From Lachnospiraceae bacterium (lineage in GTDB: Bacteria; Bacillota; Clostridia; Lachnospirales; Lachnospiraceae), in the NCBI GenBank assembly GCA_017449765.1, contig JAFTFE010000095.1, forward strand, positions 1,326-65,325: a DNA stretch of 64,000 nt, read 5' to 3'. Made by a program: the position numbers and the translations under genes. The notes below the pieces were generated by a model. That model did not search any database. It saw only the letters and a list, made by a program, of their open reading frames with translations, and was not told where the DNA came from. Shown piece by piece: positions 9,137 to 19,908 of this stretch. Each line of letters opens with the position of its first letter. Positions within the stretch are counted from its first letter, which is position 1.

Positions 9137-12100
9137 ATGGACGATTTATTTTTGAGTAAGTTAAACGAGAAGCAAAAAACATTTAAAAATGCAGGCAACG
9201 AAACAAATGAGCAGTTTGCCGAGCGTTTTGGCAACGTAAACCAGACCATTCAGAATAATTTAAAGGATATGCAGGGTTATGTTGACAATAAGATTTTTTC
9301 CGGAGAGCTTGAACAAAAGGAAAAGGAAAAAAATCTTGACTATTCGCATGATTATGTATTGCTTGATGTGAAGCGCGATGTGTATACGGCGAACAAAAAT
9401 GTTTATGACAATATAAGAAAATTCGGTAAGGCGGAGCCTACGGAAGAAGATAAGAAAAAGAAGGGAAGCATAACAGGCTTCTTTAAAAAGTTTGCCAACC
9501 AATTTGTCGAAGAGTTTCACGGAAAAGAGAAAAATTATCAGACTGCACTCTATAATGTCGCAAGAGAACAAAATGCAAATGCTGATAAGACAACAGCTCT
9601 TGAGCTTAGCCGCCTTCTTAAGTATTCGGAATCAATTTATAATGTGCTGGATATAAAAAATGAGCCTTCGTTTTTCAATAAGGGTTCGGTATTTAATCAG
9701 GTTGCGGCAAAGCATCTTAAGGGTGTTAAGAAAGGCGAGTTAAAACAGAAAAAACACGAATTGTTTACGCATTTTCGTTATGATGTAGCTCCGTTCATGA
9801 AGAATTACAAAACAAAGTGGTTTTTCGGAACACGTTATTATAATCTGGACGGAAAAAGACTTAAAGCAAAGAGCGGAGAATTAAATCCGGAGGAGTACAA
9901 TAAGGCACTCATAGAAGGTCTTATGCTTGAGACAAAGAAGGGCGCAAAGCTTCCTGACGGTAGCACCATAGATAGTAAAACTCTTACCAAAAATCGTAAG
10001 CAAAAGGCGGCGGTATTGACAAGAATTACCAAGGAGCTTATTGAGTACGGAGATAAATTTGATCCAAAGCAGATGACGGATCTTTACATCTCAAATCATA
10101 TTATCGAGCTTCAGGAATACTATGCGCGTTTAAATGCATTTCAACAGTTGGTTATTGACAATCAATGGTTCTTCCTCGGAAAAGAAAACGCAAAAAAGAT
10201 TGCCGGAAAACCTTATCAGGATATAACCGATGCGGCTGATCCTAATTTTGCAAATCTTGTCAAGACTCACATACTTGATATGAGAGCACCTGTGTCAAAC
10301 TTTATCGAGGCACATCTGCGTTCACATTGTCTTAAGTCGGATGCAAAGTTTAATAAAAGAAAGAATTATTTCAGAAATGATGAAAAGCAGCCTTTTGTCG
10401 TTGTCGGCGAGGATGTTGATGAGGTTGATGATGTTAAACTGGATAGAAGTGTAGATTTGGATGGAATTCAATCCGAGCTTATTGACGTTGAAGAAAGAGG
10501 GGAACGCTACGCAGCCTTTGGCGAAGAATTCTCTGTTGTTGATATGTCAAAAATGTCAGATGAAGAGAAGAAAAATTATGAGACAAGGCTTTCAAGAGAA
10601 AAAAGCTACAGAGACGGCGGACTTACCGGTCAGATTCTTACAAATAAGCTTAACAAGATTAGATATGAGCAGACTCGCTCGCTTTCAAAGGACCTTACCT
10701 TCCAGTTAAAGAAAGAGCTTGATAAGATTAAGGATGATGCCAGAAAAAATGTCGAAAATTATAATAAGACTGAAAATGAGGAAAAGAATAAGGTTCCGGT
10801 TATACCTTATGCTTCAATGAGTGCGGCAAATCTTGACGATACAGTATTGATTGATTTGCAATACATAAAGCAGAGGATTAATTCTGAAAAGGGTTCTTAT
10901 ATGTATATGAATTTCGGACCTGAGATAGACCTTATCTACGGAAAGATGTATGCGGCAGCACGTCTTCAGGCTGAACTTTCCGCAAGAAAGAAGGCTATTG
11001 ATTCAAAGCTTAGATTAACCAATATACGTAGACTTGAGAAGGATATTAAGGAAAAGAAGGGAACTAAGCTTACACGTAAGAGCTGGCAGGAAGAAATCGA
11101 TAAGCAAAAGAAGAAAAATCATGAGGCAATGATGCTTACAAGCAAAAATGTTTACGCGAGATTTTCCGAGGATTATCTTGCGGATGAGCGTTTAAAGCGT
11201 GCAGAGCGTGAATTTGATGAGATTTCAAAGAAAATCGAATATACAAAGACCGAGCTTGATATGTGCAAGAAGACAATCAGATTCTTTATCGGCGATCCGA
11301 CTGAAAAGCGTATGGAAAAGAATACTGATTATGCTATCATCGAAAATTTCCTCAAAAAGGAAAAACTCGGATATATGTTTGAAGTAAATAAAATTGATGA
11401 TTATGATGAGCTGCTTGATGCCGCACTTCTTGATACGGAAAAGGATCTTCAAAAGGAAGCAGGAAAGAATGCAGTTCCTCAAGATGTTAAGAAGGCTGAC
11501 AGGAGTTATAGGGCAAGAGCTGCCAGAATTCATCAGGTAAGACAAAGAGGAAGACTTTTTATTGATACCAATAAAACGTTGATTGCCGGAAAGACCAGTT
11601 TTTCTGATCCGGATGCCGAGTTTGCAAAGCTTGTTAAGATGAAGCCTGAGGAGCTTGCTAAGTTTAATTATGAGACTTCGATTCCTGTGGGAACAAAGGA
11701 GCAAAAGAAGGCTGTTATCGAACAAATGAAGCTTCTTTCTTACATAGCTGCCAAGGCAGGTAAATTCAATCCTAAATTTTATGACAACAGAGTGAATATG
11801 GTTCAGCTTTTTGAAAACTATAAAAAGACGGGAATTATTCCTAAAACTACCCAATACGGAAACTTTGTGGCTGATATAAAGACCAAGATTGAGCTTCTTA
11901 CGAGTTGGAATAATTATGTTTCGGGATTGTTCAAGCTTCAGGGTAATAAGAATTATTCATACCTTGATACGGACACACTTGATGGCATGAGCGTTCATTC
12001 ACTTGAGCTTTTGAAGAAAAATCTTGAAGAAAAAGCCAAGAAATTGGATGAGGAAGTAAAGGAACTCGGTAAAAACACAAAGAAGAAGACAAATACCGAA

Positions 12101-15100
12101 CAAAAGGAATTGAAATATGGGGGTGAGAAATTTGTTATCGAAGCATCCGAACTCGAGGAGGACAATGCGAATGTTTCAATCGCATACAGACTTCGTAAAG
12201 AAAAATGGATTAATTGTAAGGAACTTATTGATGCAGTAAACAGAAAAATCAGCATGGCAAAATCACGTGATAAATATACTGAGTTCAATATAGAAGCTTA
12301 CAATCACAGTATTAACCAAAAAACTTTAGAAGCAAATATTGAATATGCCAAGTATTTTTCATTCCCTGCGGCAAATGAAACCTATCTTGTTTTATGCGAC
12401 CTTGCCAGAACAGACAAAATTAAGACCTTGAAGAATAACAGGATGTTTGACAGGATTTCACGAGCAAAGGCTAAAAATGATAAGTATATTAAGGATGAAA
12501 AAAATGTTGAAAAAGAAGCATTGGGTCTTGTTGCCAGATTACGCGAGATAAAAATAGGTCCTGAGCTTTACGAGTTAGCAAAAAAAGTTATAGATGAAAA
12601 TAATGTTCCTAATCCTGACGATGTATTTACATTGCTTAAATATACGGATACGTTGTCGGATGTCGAGTGTGTAATTAAGGCGGACAAGTCATGGTCATCA
12701 GAAGAGCAGCTTGCTTTAAAGAGCTACTTTGAGAAACCTGAAAATAAGGAGCTTATGGCAGAGCTTGTCAATAAAAACGAAATCCTTTCGCCGCTTTGGT
12801 CTGCATTTAATACTTATCTTGAAGCAAACGGTATGGTCGGTGCCTCAAACTTTTCTCAGACACAAACATGGTGGTTATTTAGAGAAAAAATTGAGGGGGA
12901 TGAAAATCTTACCGAGCAGCAAAAAAAGGATAAGCTTGAAGAGGAAGCTGATAAAATTCAGACTGAAAGCGAAAAAAAGATGTGGGCATACGGAACTTCA
13001 ATCAGTAAGCTTAAGGAAAACATAAATAAAGCAGGTGATATGATTTCTTCGAATCCTACAACCCGTTTGTTTAAGCTTGTACATGAAGGCGGAGAAAAGC
13101 TTGACATATCAAAAGCGGATGAATGGAAGAAGATATTCCAATCTATTAAGAACAAGGGATATTACAATAAAAAACCTGCAAAGGGTGAAAATACGATTTG
13201 GATGAAGGTTGCCGCAGAGCAAATACTCAATTTGTGGCCTCAAAGCTTAGAAGACTTCTATATAGAGCGTGCCAAGCTTGATACCGGTAAGGCTTTGGAT
13301 GAAACCTTCCGTAAGCTTGCCGTAGAAAACGGCACAGGTGTTGTTGAAGATACAGGTCATGCTGCCGAGATATCCGCAGTTATAAGCAAGAAGGAAGCAT
13401 TTGCATACAGTGCGCTTTCGATGGATAAACGTCGTGAACTTGATGAAGCATTGAAGCATGCGGGATACAATCCTCGTATATTTAAGTATTTACTTAAGGA
13501 TGTAGAAGTAAACGGTGCGGGACAACCTGCCACTAAGGAAGCAGAGGACAACCGTTCGATTAACAATATGGTTGTCAATGAGTTTATATATCGTAACAAT
13601 AAGGATTCAAAAGCATTTTTTAATCCTGTAATAGGTTGGCAGGATACTGTGTTTGGCTGGTTCAAGGAAGCTGTTTCGTTTAAGATTACCTCCGAGATGA
13701 CAGACCCTGCATATATAAAGAAGCATTTTGAATACCTTTACGGCAAGACAAGAAAGTTCCTTGCATTGAAGGAAGTATACGAGCATGAGAAACATATTCT
13801 GGAAGATCCTGAGGTTATAAAGCGTAAGCATATCAAACCACAGGTTCTCACAGCTATACACAATGCATTCGGCCCTAAGACGAGAAGCGTTTATGCTATG
13901 TTCTTTGAGATGATAGAAGCATATGCTCATACATATTTCGTTGACAAGGAAGGACATTTTGATATGGGTCTTTCCGCAGATGAGATATACGGTAAGGACG
14001 GAAAGGCAATTGATAAGGATGCAAACCAGAGGAAGCTTTTCGATGTCTTAAATAAGAGAAAAGATTATTTCAAGAAGATGTCGATGCGTGTTAATTCTGA
14101 GCTTGACAGAGAGGAGCTTGCAAATAAGGTTGCACAGTCGGATGAAGTAAGCAAGACTTTAAATGTTATTCAGGTTAAGGGTAACGAGCGTGTAATCAAG
14201 CTTGTTCAAAAGAAAGGCTTTGAAGGAAAGATTTCTGATATCAATATACTTTTGCAAAGTCCTAAGCTTGCTGAACTGGTTAAGGAATATAACAAAAACA
14301 ATCAGATACTTGAGGGCTATGAGGAATCAATCAAGCCTTTGAAGAATAAGCTTCAATTACTTTATGAGGAAGGAAAGGCAGGTTCTGAGGAATATACGGA
14401 ACTCAATCAAAAGATATTGCTTTCTAATTCCGGTACTATTTCGCACAGAGCCGAGCTTGCTACCGCAGAAACGGCAATTATGCAGTACCAGAAGGAAAAT
14501 AAGGTTATATATGAAAATTACAATGCCTGCCATAATGAAGACGGAACATTAAATATCTATGAGAAGCTTAAAGACGGTTCCGTGCGTGAACACTTGGGTA
14601 AGTATTTGGATTATCAGACTTCGGTTGCAAGAGATTGTGCAAGAATATATCATGAATTAAAATCATTCTTCGGCAACGCTAAGAATATTAACGAAAAAAC
14701 ATTTACAGCTGAGAATATTGTTAAAAGATTTAAGCAAAACGAGATGGCTGATAGGATGCGTGATTTAAGAAAGATAGATCTTTACTTAAATCTTCTTGAG
14801 GTTGATAAGCAGGGACTTAAGACCAAGGATCATGATATTATGAAGGACATGACTACGCATATTAACAATATTAAGACTGCTCATAAGAAGATGAAGGATG
14901 ACAATCCTGTAAGAGTCAATATGAAAAAACAGCTTGCTGTTCAGATTGAGGATTATGTATTTGCTCAGGATTTCATGAAGGAAGTATTAAAGGATATGGA
15001 AGGCGGACCTAAAAATCCGGTACAGATGATACATGATTATGTACAGCTTGTATTCCTTACATTAAAATCTTACGGTGTTACAGACGAAGGTGATATCGTT

Positions 15101-15418
15101 GAAGAACAGATTAAGGACAGGGTTGATGGAAAACTTACCGAACAGGAGATAAAGAACATCGCTAACGACGAAGCGGATAAGATCGGAGATGCGCATATAG
15201 AATTACAGCATGAGATTAATATTCGTCTCGGCTTTGAGAAGAAGCCTGAGCCTGCGAAGAGGGTTTCAAAGAAGGCAGAGCCAAAGAAGGAAACCAAGAA
15301 GAAAGAAACCAAGAAGAAGGAAACTAAGAAGAGCAGCAAGGGCGAAATTAATCTTGATGTGGATAATATCAATTTTGAAGTTCTCGATGATAATTTAAAT
15401 AAGAAAAAGAAAAAGTAA
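9137..15418 (+). CDS. Giant helical hypothetical protein (2093 aa)
   Basis: Long ORF with AAGGAG RBS; K/E-rich; no signal peptide or catalytic motif recognised; basic low-complexity tail. Confidence 0.85.
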   Translation: MDDLFLSKLNEKQKTFKNAGNETNEQFAERFGNVNQTIQNNLKDMQGYVDNKIFSGELEQKEKEKNLDYSHDYVLLDVKRDVYTANKNVYDNIRKFGKAEPTEEDKKKKGSITGFFKKFANQFVEEFHGKEKNYQTALYNVAREQNANADKTTALELSRLLKYSESIYNVLDIKNEPSFFNKGSVFNQVAAKHLKGVKKGELKQKKHELFTHFRYDVAPFMKNYKTKWFFGTRYYNLDGKRLKAKSGELNPEEYNKALIEGLMLETKKGAKLPDGSTIDSKTLTKNRKQKAAVLTRITKELIEYGDKFDPKQMTDLYISNHIIELQEYYARLNAFQQLVIDNQWFFLGKENAKKIAGKPYQDITDAADPNFANLVKTHILDMRAPVSNFIEAHLRSHCLKSDAKFNKRKNYFRNDEKQPFVVVGEDVDEVDDVKLDRSVDLDGIQSELIDVEERGERYAAFGEEFSVVDMSKMSDEEKKNYETRLSREKSYRDGGLTGQILTNKLNKIRYEQTRSLSKDLTFQLKKELDKIKDDARKNVENYNKTENEEKNKVPVIPYASMSAANLDDTVLIDLQYIKQRINSEKGSYMYMNFGPEIDLIYGKMYAAARLQAELSARKKAIDSKLRLTNIRRLEKDIKEKKGTKLTRKSWQEEIDKQKKKNHEAMMLTSKNVYARFSEDYLADERLKRAEREFDEISKKIEYTKTELDMCKKTIRFFIGDPTEKRMEKNTDYAIIENFLKKEKLGYMFEVNKIDDYDELLDAALLDTEKDLQKEAGKNAVPQDVKKADRSYRARAARIHQVRQRGRLFIDTNKTLIAGKTSFSDPDAEFAKLVKMKPEELAKFNYETSIPVGTKEQKKAVIEQMKLLSYIAAKAGKFNPKFYDNRVNMVQLFENYKKTGIIPKTTQYGNFVADIKTKIELLTSWNNYVSGLFKLQGNKNYSYLDTDTLDGMSVHSLELLKKNLEEKAKKLDEEVKELGKNTKKKTNTEQKELKYGGEKFVIEASELEEDNANVSIAYRLRKEKWINCKELIDAVNRKISMAKSRDKYTEFNIEAYNHSINQKTLEANIEYAKYFSFPAANETYLVLCDLARTDKIKTLKNNRMFDRISRAKAKNDKYIKDEKNVEKEALGLVARLREIKIGPELYELAKKVIDENNVPNPDDVFTLLKYTDTLSDVECVIKADKSWSSEEQLALKSYFEKPENKELMAELVNKNEILSPLWSAFNTYLEANGMVGASNFSQTQTWWLFREKIEGDENLTEQQKKDKLEEEADKIQTESEKKMWAYGTSISKLKENINKAGDMISSNPTTRLFKLVHEGGEKLDISKADEWKKIFQSIKNKGYYNKKPAKGENTIWMKVAAEQILNLWPQSLEDFYIERAKLDTGKALDETFRKLAVENGTGVVEDTGHAAEISAVISKKEAFAYSALSMDKRRELDEALKHAGYNPRIFKYLLKDVEVNGAGQPATKEAEDNRSINNMVVNEFIYRNNKDSKAFFNPVIGWQDTVFGWFKEAVSFKITSEMTDPAYIKKHFEYLYGKTRKFLALKEVYEHEKHILEDPEVIKRKHIKPQVLTAIHNAFGPKTRSVYAMFFEMIEAYAHTYFVDKEGHFDMGLSADEIYGKDGKAIDKDANQRKLFDVLNKRKDYFKKMSMRVNSELDREELANKVAQSDEVSKTLNVIQVKGNERVIKLVQKKGFEGKISDINILLQSPKLAELVKEYNKNNQILEGYEESIKPLKNKLQLLYEEGKAGSEEYTELNQKILLSNSGTISHRAELATAETAIMQYQKENKVIYENYNACHNEDGTLNIYEKLKDGSVREHLGKYLDYQTSVARDCARIYHELKSFFGNAKNINEKTFTAENIVKRFKQNEMADRMRDLRKIDLYLNLLEVDKQGLKTKDHDIMKDMTTHINNIKTAHKKMKDDNPVRVNMKKQLAVQIEDYVFAQDFMKEVLKDMEGGPKNPVQMIHDYVQLVFLTLKSYGVTDEGDIVEEQIKDRVDGKLTEQEIKNIANDEADKIGDAHIELQHEINIRLGFEKKPEPAKRVSKKAEPKKETKKKETKKKETKKSSKGEINLDVDNINFEVLDDNLNKKKKK
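15284..15331 (+). repeat. 15-bp coding tandem repeat (KKETK x3)
   Basis: aagaaggaaaccaag aagaaagaaaccaag aagaaggaaactaag. Confidence 0.8.
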
Positions 15419-15453
15419 GAGAAATAAAAATTAAGAGAAAGGAAGTTTAAAAT

Positions 15454-16431
15454 ATGAAAATATATGCGTTGGATAAAACAAATATTGATGATTTTAATTT
15501 TCTTGTAGAGTACTCCGCCGCCGAAGCAATAAAAAGGGATGAGGCTTACGGATTTTGCGTAAAGGAAAAAAATGCCCATGTCGGTGCACTTGTAGGACGT
15601 TTTGTTGATGAAAAAGAATTTGAGATAATGTCTTTATATGTTGTGCCGGAAGCAAGAAGAAAAGGAGTAGGAGAAAAGCTTCTTGATACTCTAATTGAGG
15701 TTTTTGACGGACAGGAAGCAAATATAAGCGTAACCTTTGCATGCGTCTCAGATAATGAAATAGCACTTTGTGCGTTTCTTGAAAAGATGGATTTCGAAGA
15801 GTACCGGTCACTTGACAGTCACCTATTTTCCATAACTGTCGGTATGCTTGCTAATTCAAAGCTTACAGGTGCTAAAACAAAGGCAGATTATATAAGCTTT
15901 AAAGACCTTACAAAAAAACAGACGAGCGCACTTGAAAAGGTTAAGAGTAAGGGTTATGTACCAAGACCTGCAGGCGGCTTTACATCCGAGGCGATAGAGG
16001 GTGATATGAGTATAGCATATTTTGAAGGGAACAAGCCTGTTGCGTATGTGGTAGTAGAGCGTGCAAATGATGATTTGCTTATGCTTTCCTCACTTTATGT
16101 GGATGATCCTGACAATCCTTCCACATTGCTTAAGCTTTTAAAGAGTCTTGCACACCGATTAATCGATAAGTATACGGATGATACCGTTATACTTTTGCCG
16201 ACGGTAACAGAAAATTCCGAAAGGATAGTTGCTTCGCTTTTCGGAGAAAATCCGGAGATTAATGATATACTTTATACCTTCCGTAAATATCTTCCGGGTA
16301 AGGATGAAGCAAATTACGATGATATGTCACTTACAGACTTTTTTGTGCTTAATCATGATGAGTATTATGATTCTTCAGAGGAAGATGAGGGCGCATATCT
16401 TGTTGAAGCAGGGTCATTATCTGACGATTGA
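15454..16431 (+). CDS. GNAT acetyltransferase (tandem GNAT-like, acidic tail)
   Basis: FEIMSLYVVPEARRKGVGEKLL; second half similar to the 8077 and 19968 proteins. Confidence 0.85.
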   Translation: MKIYALDKTNIDDFNFLVEYSAAEAIKRDEAYGFCVKEKNAHVGALVGRFVDEKEFEIMSLYVVPEARRKGVGEKLLDTLIEVFDGQEANISVTFACVSDNEIALCAFLEKMDFEEYRSLDSHLFSITVGMLANSKLTGAKTKADYISFKDLTKKQTSALEKVKSKGYVPRPAGGFTSEAIEGDMSIAYFEGNKPVAYVVVERANDDLLMLSSLYVDDPDNPSTLLKLLKSLAHRLIDKYTDDTVILLPTVTENSERIVASLFGENPEINDILYTFRKYLPGKDEANYDDMSLTDFFVLNHDEYYDSSEEDEGAYLVEAGSLSDD

Positions 16432-16552
16432 TATCAAAATATTGAATGGTGTTTGAATGGGTACCGGTCAATGAAGAGTAATTTATGAATTAAATATAAA
16501 TATTAAATTATAAATAAAAAAATAATTAAAAATAGGAAGGTCAATTAGTACT

Positions 16553-17473
16553 ATGAAAAAGAATAATCTTAAGAAAACAGCAATTATTATAGGACTCATG
16601 GTAGCTATGACTGCATCAATTTGCGGATGTAAAAAGAGCAATTCTGATAAAAAGGATGATAAAACTACTTCAGAAGTGACTGAAGCAACAACTGAGTCGA
16701 CAACCGAAGAAGCGAAAACTGACGACACAAAGGAAGCAACAGAGGCAAAAGCTCAGGCTGATGATACAGTATATTTTGGCAGAGGTGTATATGAAGTGAC
16801 TACCGGTGGTGAGTTGTTCAGCTATTATTGCTTTTATGATGAAAGTAACGGAACAGCCCTAAATCCTGATCTTGGAACCGGTATGGGATTTACATGTGAG
16901 CAAAGTGACGGAAAGATTGTATTTCATTTTGGCGGTATATCCAACAGTGATGTTATGAATATCAGTGTAAACGGACCTGAAATTACCGGTAAATATGAAG
17001 ATTCGGATAAGACATACTTGTTCCAAAGTATGGATTCCGATCCGGAAAGCTTTCGTGATAATTTCTATGCTCAATATGACGAGAATAAAAAAGACGACAA
17101 TAATTCTGTGACATCCGGTTACGAAGGTACATATGTTGAGTCTGTAGCGGGAAGAGGTATGATGGATATTCGTAAAGAAAGTGATAATTCATATCTGATT
17201 ACTGTAAATTGGTCAGCAAGCTACGATACTGTCGCTAATTGGACTATGCATGGCACATTTGATGATAACGGTGTATTGAATTATGCGGATTGTACAAAAT
17301 TAATTACTGTTTATGATGAAAGTGGTAATCCGACAACTGATGAGAACGGTAATCAAACTCCTGTTATTGAATATGAGAACGGAAAGGGAACACTTACCTT
17401 CAGCTTCGGTGAAATAACATGGGATGATCAAAATGAGCACATCGCTGACGGATGTACATTCGTAATGCAATAA
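16553..17473 (+). CDS. Lipoprotein of unknown function
   Basis: Basic N-terminus, hydrophobic stretch, lipobox ICGC, T/E-rich linker. Confidence 0.8.
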   Translation: MKKNNLKKTAIIIGLMVAMTASICGCKKSNSDKKDDKTTSEVTEATTESTTEEAKTDDTKEATEAKAQADDTVYFGRGVYEVTTGGELFSYYCFYDESNGTALNPDLGTGMGFTCEQSDGKIVFHFGGISNSDVMNISVNGPEITGKYEDSDKTYLFQSMDSDPESFRDNFYAQYDENKKDDNNSVTSGYEGTYVESVAGRGMMDIRKESDNSYLITVNWSASYDTVANWTMHGTFDDNGVLNYADCTKLITVYDESGNPTTDENGNQTPVIEYENGKGTLTFSFGEITWDDQNEHIADGCTFVMQ

Positions 17474-17502
17474 TAAATTTATGACAAAAAGGAGAAAACA
17501 CA

Positions 17503-18381
17503 ATGAAGAAGAAATTATTGGTAATGATGACAACATTTGCACTTGCTATGGCGGTAACTGCCTGTGGAGGAAAGAAAGAAGAGGAAAAGGCTACGACAGA
17601 AAAAGAGACGATAACTGAATCTGATTCAGATGTCGAGACCGGTTCAGAATCCGAAACCGAATCAGAAGACACAACTAATTCAGCAGCTGACAATAAACCG
17701 GGAGAATTTAAGTCTGATAAAGGCTGGTCTGTTACGTATAATGAAGATGTAATTTCCGTAACCGACCAGGGCGATGGTTCTGTACAGTTTACTTATACAG
17801 GTGAAGCATCAGGTCCCAATATGATCACAATTAGCTACATTGAAGATAAGCTCCCTGAAGAGGTGTTGTATGAATATACAGCAGAATGGGCAGATGAAGA
17901 TGTAATAAGAAATGAGAATTATATGCCGGGTACGACTGATAAATGGAGTTATTGGAGAACGTATACCACAGAAGCTAATGATCTTGCCTATACCGATATG
18001 GCAATAGCCGGTGAATATAACGGTGGAGTATTGTTATTCCAGATTGCAAGCTGCTCTGAACTTGATGAGGAAAAGGGTATGGCAGTAAGTGATGCTATGG
18101 CATCCGTTATAGATTCAATTACCTATGATAACTATGAAGCACAAACTATGTTTGATTATTATGTAGGTACATATAAGGGCGAAGCTGAAGATGCAAATCC
18201 TGAGGTTACTCTTAATGAAGACCATACAGGTGTTTTAACTATGCAGGACAGTGTCGATATCATATGGGAAAGCACTTCTATATACTCTGTTGACGGAACA
18301 TTTTTATATGACTTTACAATAGAGGGAGACAGCTTATATCTTATGGATGGAGATTATACAATTGAGTTAACCAGAAATTAA
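17503..18381 (+). CDS. Lipoprotein of unknown function (very acidic)
   Basis: MKKKLLVMMTTFALAMAVTAC lipobox; AAGGAG RBS. Confidence 0.8.
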   Translation: MKKKLLVMMTTFALAMAVTACGGKKEEEKATTEKETITESDSDVETGSESETESEDTTNSAADNKPGEFKSDKGWSVTYNEDVISVTDQGDGSVQFTYTGEASGPNMITISYIEDKLPEEVLYEYTAEWADEDVIRNENYMPGTTDKWSYWRTYTTEANDLAYTDMAIAGEYNGGVLLFQIASCSELDEEKGMAVSDAMASVIDSITYDNYEAQTMFDYYVGTYKGEAEDANPEVTLNEDHTGVLTMQDSVDIIWESTSIYSVDGTFLYDFTIEGDSLYLMDGDYTIELTRN

Positions 18382-18396
18382 TATATATAAACTTTA

Positions 18397-18434
18397 CAGG
18401 CACCAATTGCAAATGCGATTGGTGTCTGATTTTT
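18397..18434 (+). terminator. Rho-independent terminator
   Basis: caggcaccaattgc-aaat-gcgattggtgtctg-attttt. Confidence 0.75.
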
Positions 18435-18447
18435 ACCACTTTAAAAT

Positions 18448-18507
18448 CACAAATCAGTTAAATAAAATTACACAAAACTGTTAAAAATAATTGCACAAAT
18501 GTGTTAA
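18448..18507. repeat. Degenerate 23-bp-period triple repeat upstream of the second AAA/DUF4143 gene
   Basis: cacaaa-NNN-gttaa recurs at 18448, 18471 and 18494. Confidence 0.7.
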
Positions 18508-18541
18508 GTGTAATATAATTTTTAAAGAGGTGATGCTAATT

Positions 18542-19822
18542 ATGGATAATTATTGTAATCGAATAACCGATAATTTATTACAACTCAAATTGGAAGCGTT
18601 TGGTGCTGTTTTAATAGTTGGACCAAAAGGATGTGGAAAAACAACTACTGCCAAACAATTCGCAAAAAGTTATATTGAGTTTCAGGATGAGGATAATAGG
18701 GATAAATATCTTTCGGTTGCTGAAAATATACCTTCTAAACTTTTGATAGGTGAGAAACCCCGTCTTTTTGATGAGTGGCAGGATGCACCTAAAATATGGG
18801 GAGCAATTCGTAAAGATGTAGATGATACCAGTATGAAAGGGCAATATATTCTTACAGGTTCTTCTTCACAAAAGGTTTCTACTGCTCACACAGGTACACT
18901 TAGGATATCGACCTTAAGGATGTATCCGATGAGTCTTTATGAAAGCAAAGAATCATGCGGAAGTGTTTCACTTGCGGATTTGTTTGATGGTAAGAGTTTA
19001 GAATGGGTAGAATCCAAGCTTAATATTGATGACCTGATTTATGCGATATGTCGAGGTGGCTGGCCTCAGAGTATTAATATAAAAAATAAAGAAGCTGCGC
19101 TTTCGATTGCTTTTGATTTATTTTATCAGACCTGCCATACTGATATTTCTAATATAAGTCATATTAAGAGAAATCCATTGTTGGCAGAAAGATTGCTTAG
19201 ATCATATTCCAGAAATATTTGCACCTTGGCAGATACCAAAACACTTTTTGCTGATATATCATCAACTATGGAAATTTCTAAGCCGACGTTTTACGAATAC
19301 TTTCATGATTTGGAGGATTTATTTATTGTTGATGAGTTACCTGCATGGTGTCCGGCTATCAGATCAAAGGAAGCGATTAGAACAGGGAATAAGCGTAATC
19401 TTGTAGATCCTTCAATTGCTGTTGCGGCTATGGGACTTTCACCTGATTATTTCAATACAGACTTTAAGACATTAGGGTTTCTTTTTGAATCGTTATGTAT
19501 CAGGGATTTAAAAATATATTCGTCAAAAATGAATGGTGAAGTATCATATTATCATGATAGATATGGATTAGAAGCGGATGCAGTGTTGCATTTAAAAGAT
19601 GGAAGATATGCGCTGATAGAATTTAAGCTTGGTAGTAAAGAAATTGATTTAGGAGCAAAACATTTATGTGAAATAGAACGTCTTATTTCTGTATATAATG
19701 AAAAGAAAAAACAGGTTCCTTTGAGATTGCCGGATCTAAAACTTGTTATTACTGCAACCGAATACGGATATAGACGGGATGATGGTGTGTATGTTATTCC
19801 GATAGGATGTCTAAGGGATTAA
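18542..19822 (+). CDS. AAA+ ATPase with DUF4143 domain (paralog of 47..1321)
   Basis: GPKGCGKTT, LFDEWQ, LTGSS, RGGWP, YHDRYGLEADAV..IEFKLG. Start moved to ATG 18542 after a GAGGTG RBS. Confidence 0.9.
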   Translation: MDNYCNRITDNLLQLKLEAFGAVLIVGPKGCGKTTTAKQFAKSYIEFQDEDNRDKYLSVAENIPSKLLIGEKPRLFDEWQDAPKIWGAIRKDVDDTSMKGQYILTGSSSQKVSTAHTGTLRISTLRMYPMSLYESKESCGSVSLADLFDGKSLEWVESKLNIDDLIYAICRGGWPQSINIKNKEAALSIAFDLFYQTCHTDISNISHIKRNPLLAERLLRSYSRNICTLADTKTLFADISSTMEISKPTFYEYFHDLEDLFIVDELPAWCPAIRSKEAIRTGNKRNLVDPSIAVAAMGLSPDYFNTDFKTLGFLFESLCIRDLKIYSSKMNGEVSYYHDRYGLEADAVLHLKDGRYALIEFKLGSKEIDLGAKHLCEIERLISVYNEKKKQVPLRLPDLKLVITATEYGYRRDDGVYVIPIGCLRD

Positions 19823-19908
19823 ATGAAAAATGCAACACCTTCAGACTTAAAACAAATGACTAAAAAAATTGAAAAAACTTGATGTATACTATAAAATATT
19901 AATGTTAA

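Noticed and set aside
7620-15390. LIR-like acidic-F-x-x-hydrophobic motifs in the giant proteins (EDFEII, EEFSVV, NFEVL)
   Set aside because: Such short motifs are expected by chance in long acidic proteins.
2119-15418. Giant proteins as phage tape-measure, SMC or surface adhesin proteins
   Set aside because: No phage genes nearby, no SMC Walker motifs, and no signal peptide, LPxTG or cell-wall-binding repeats.
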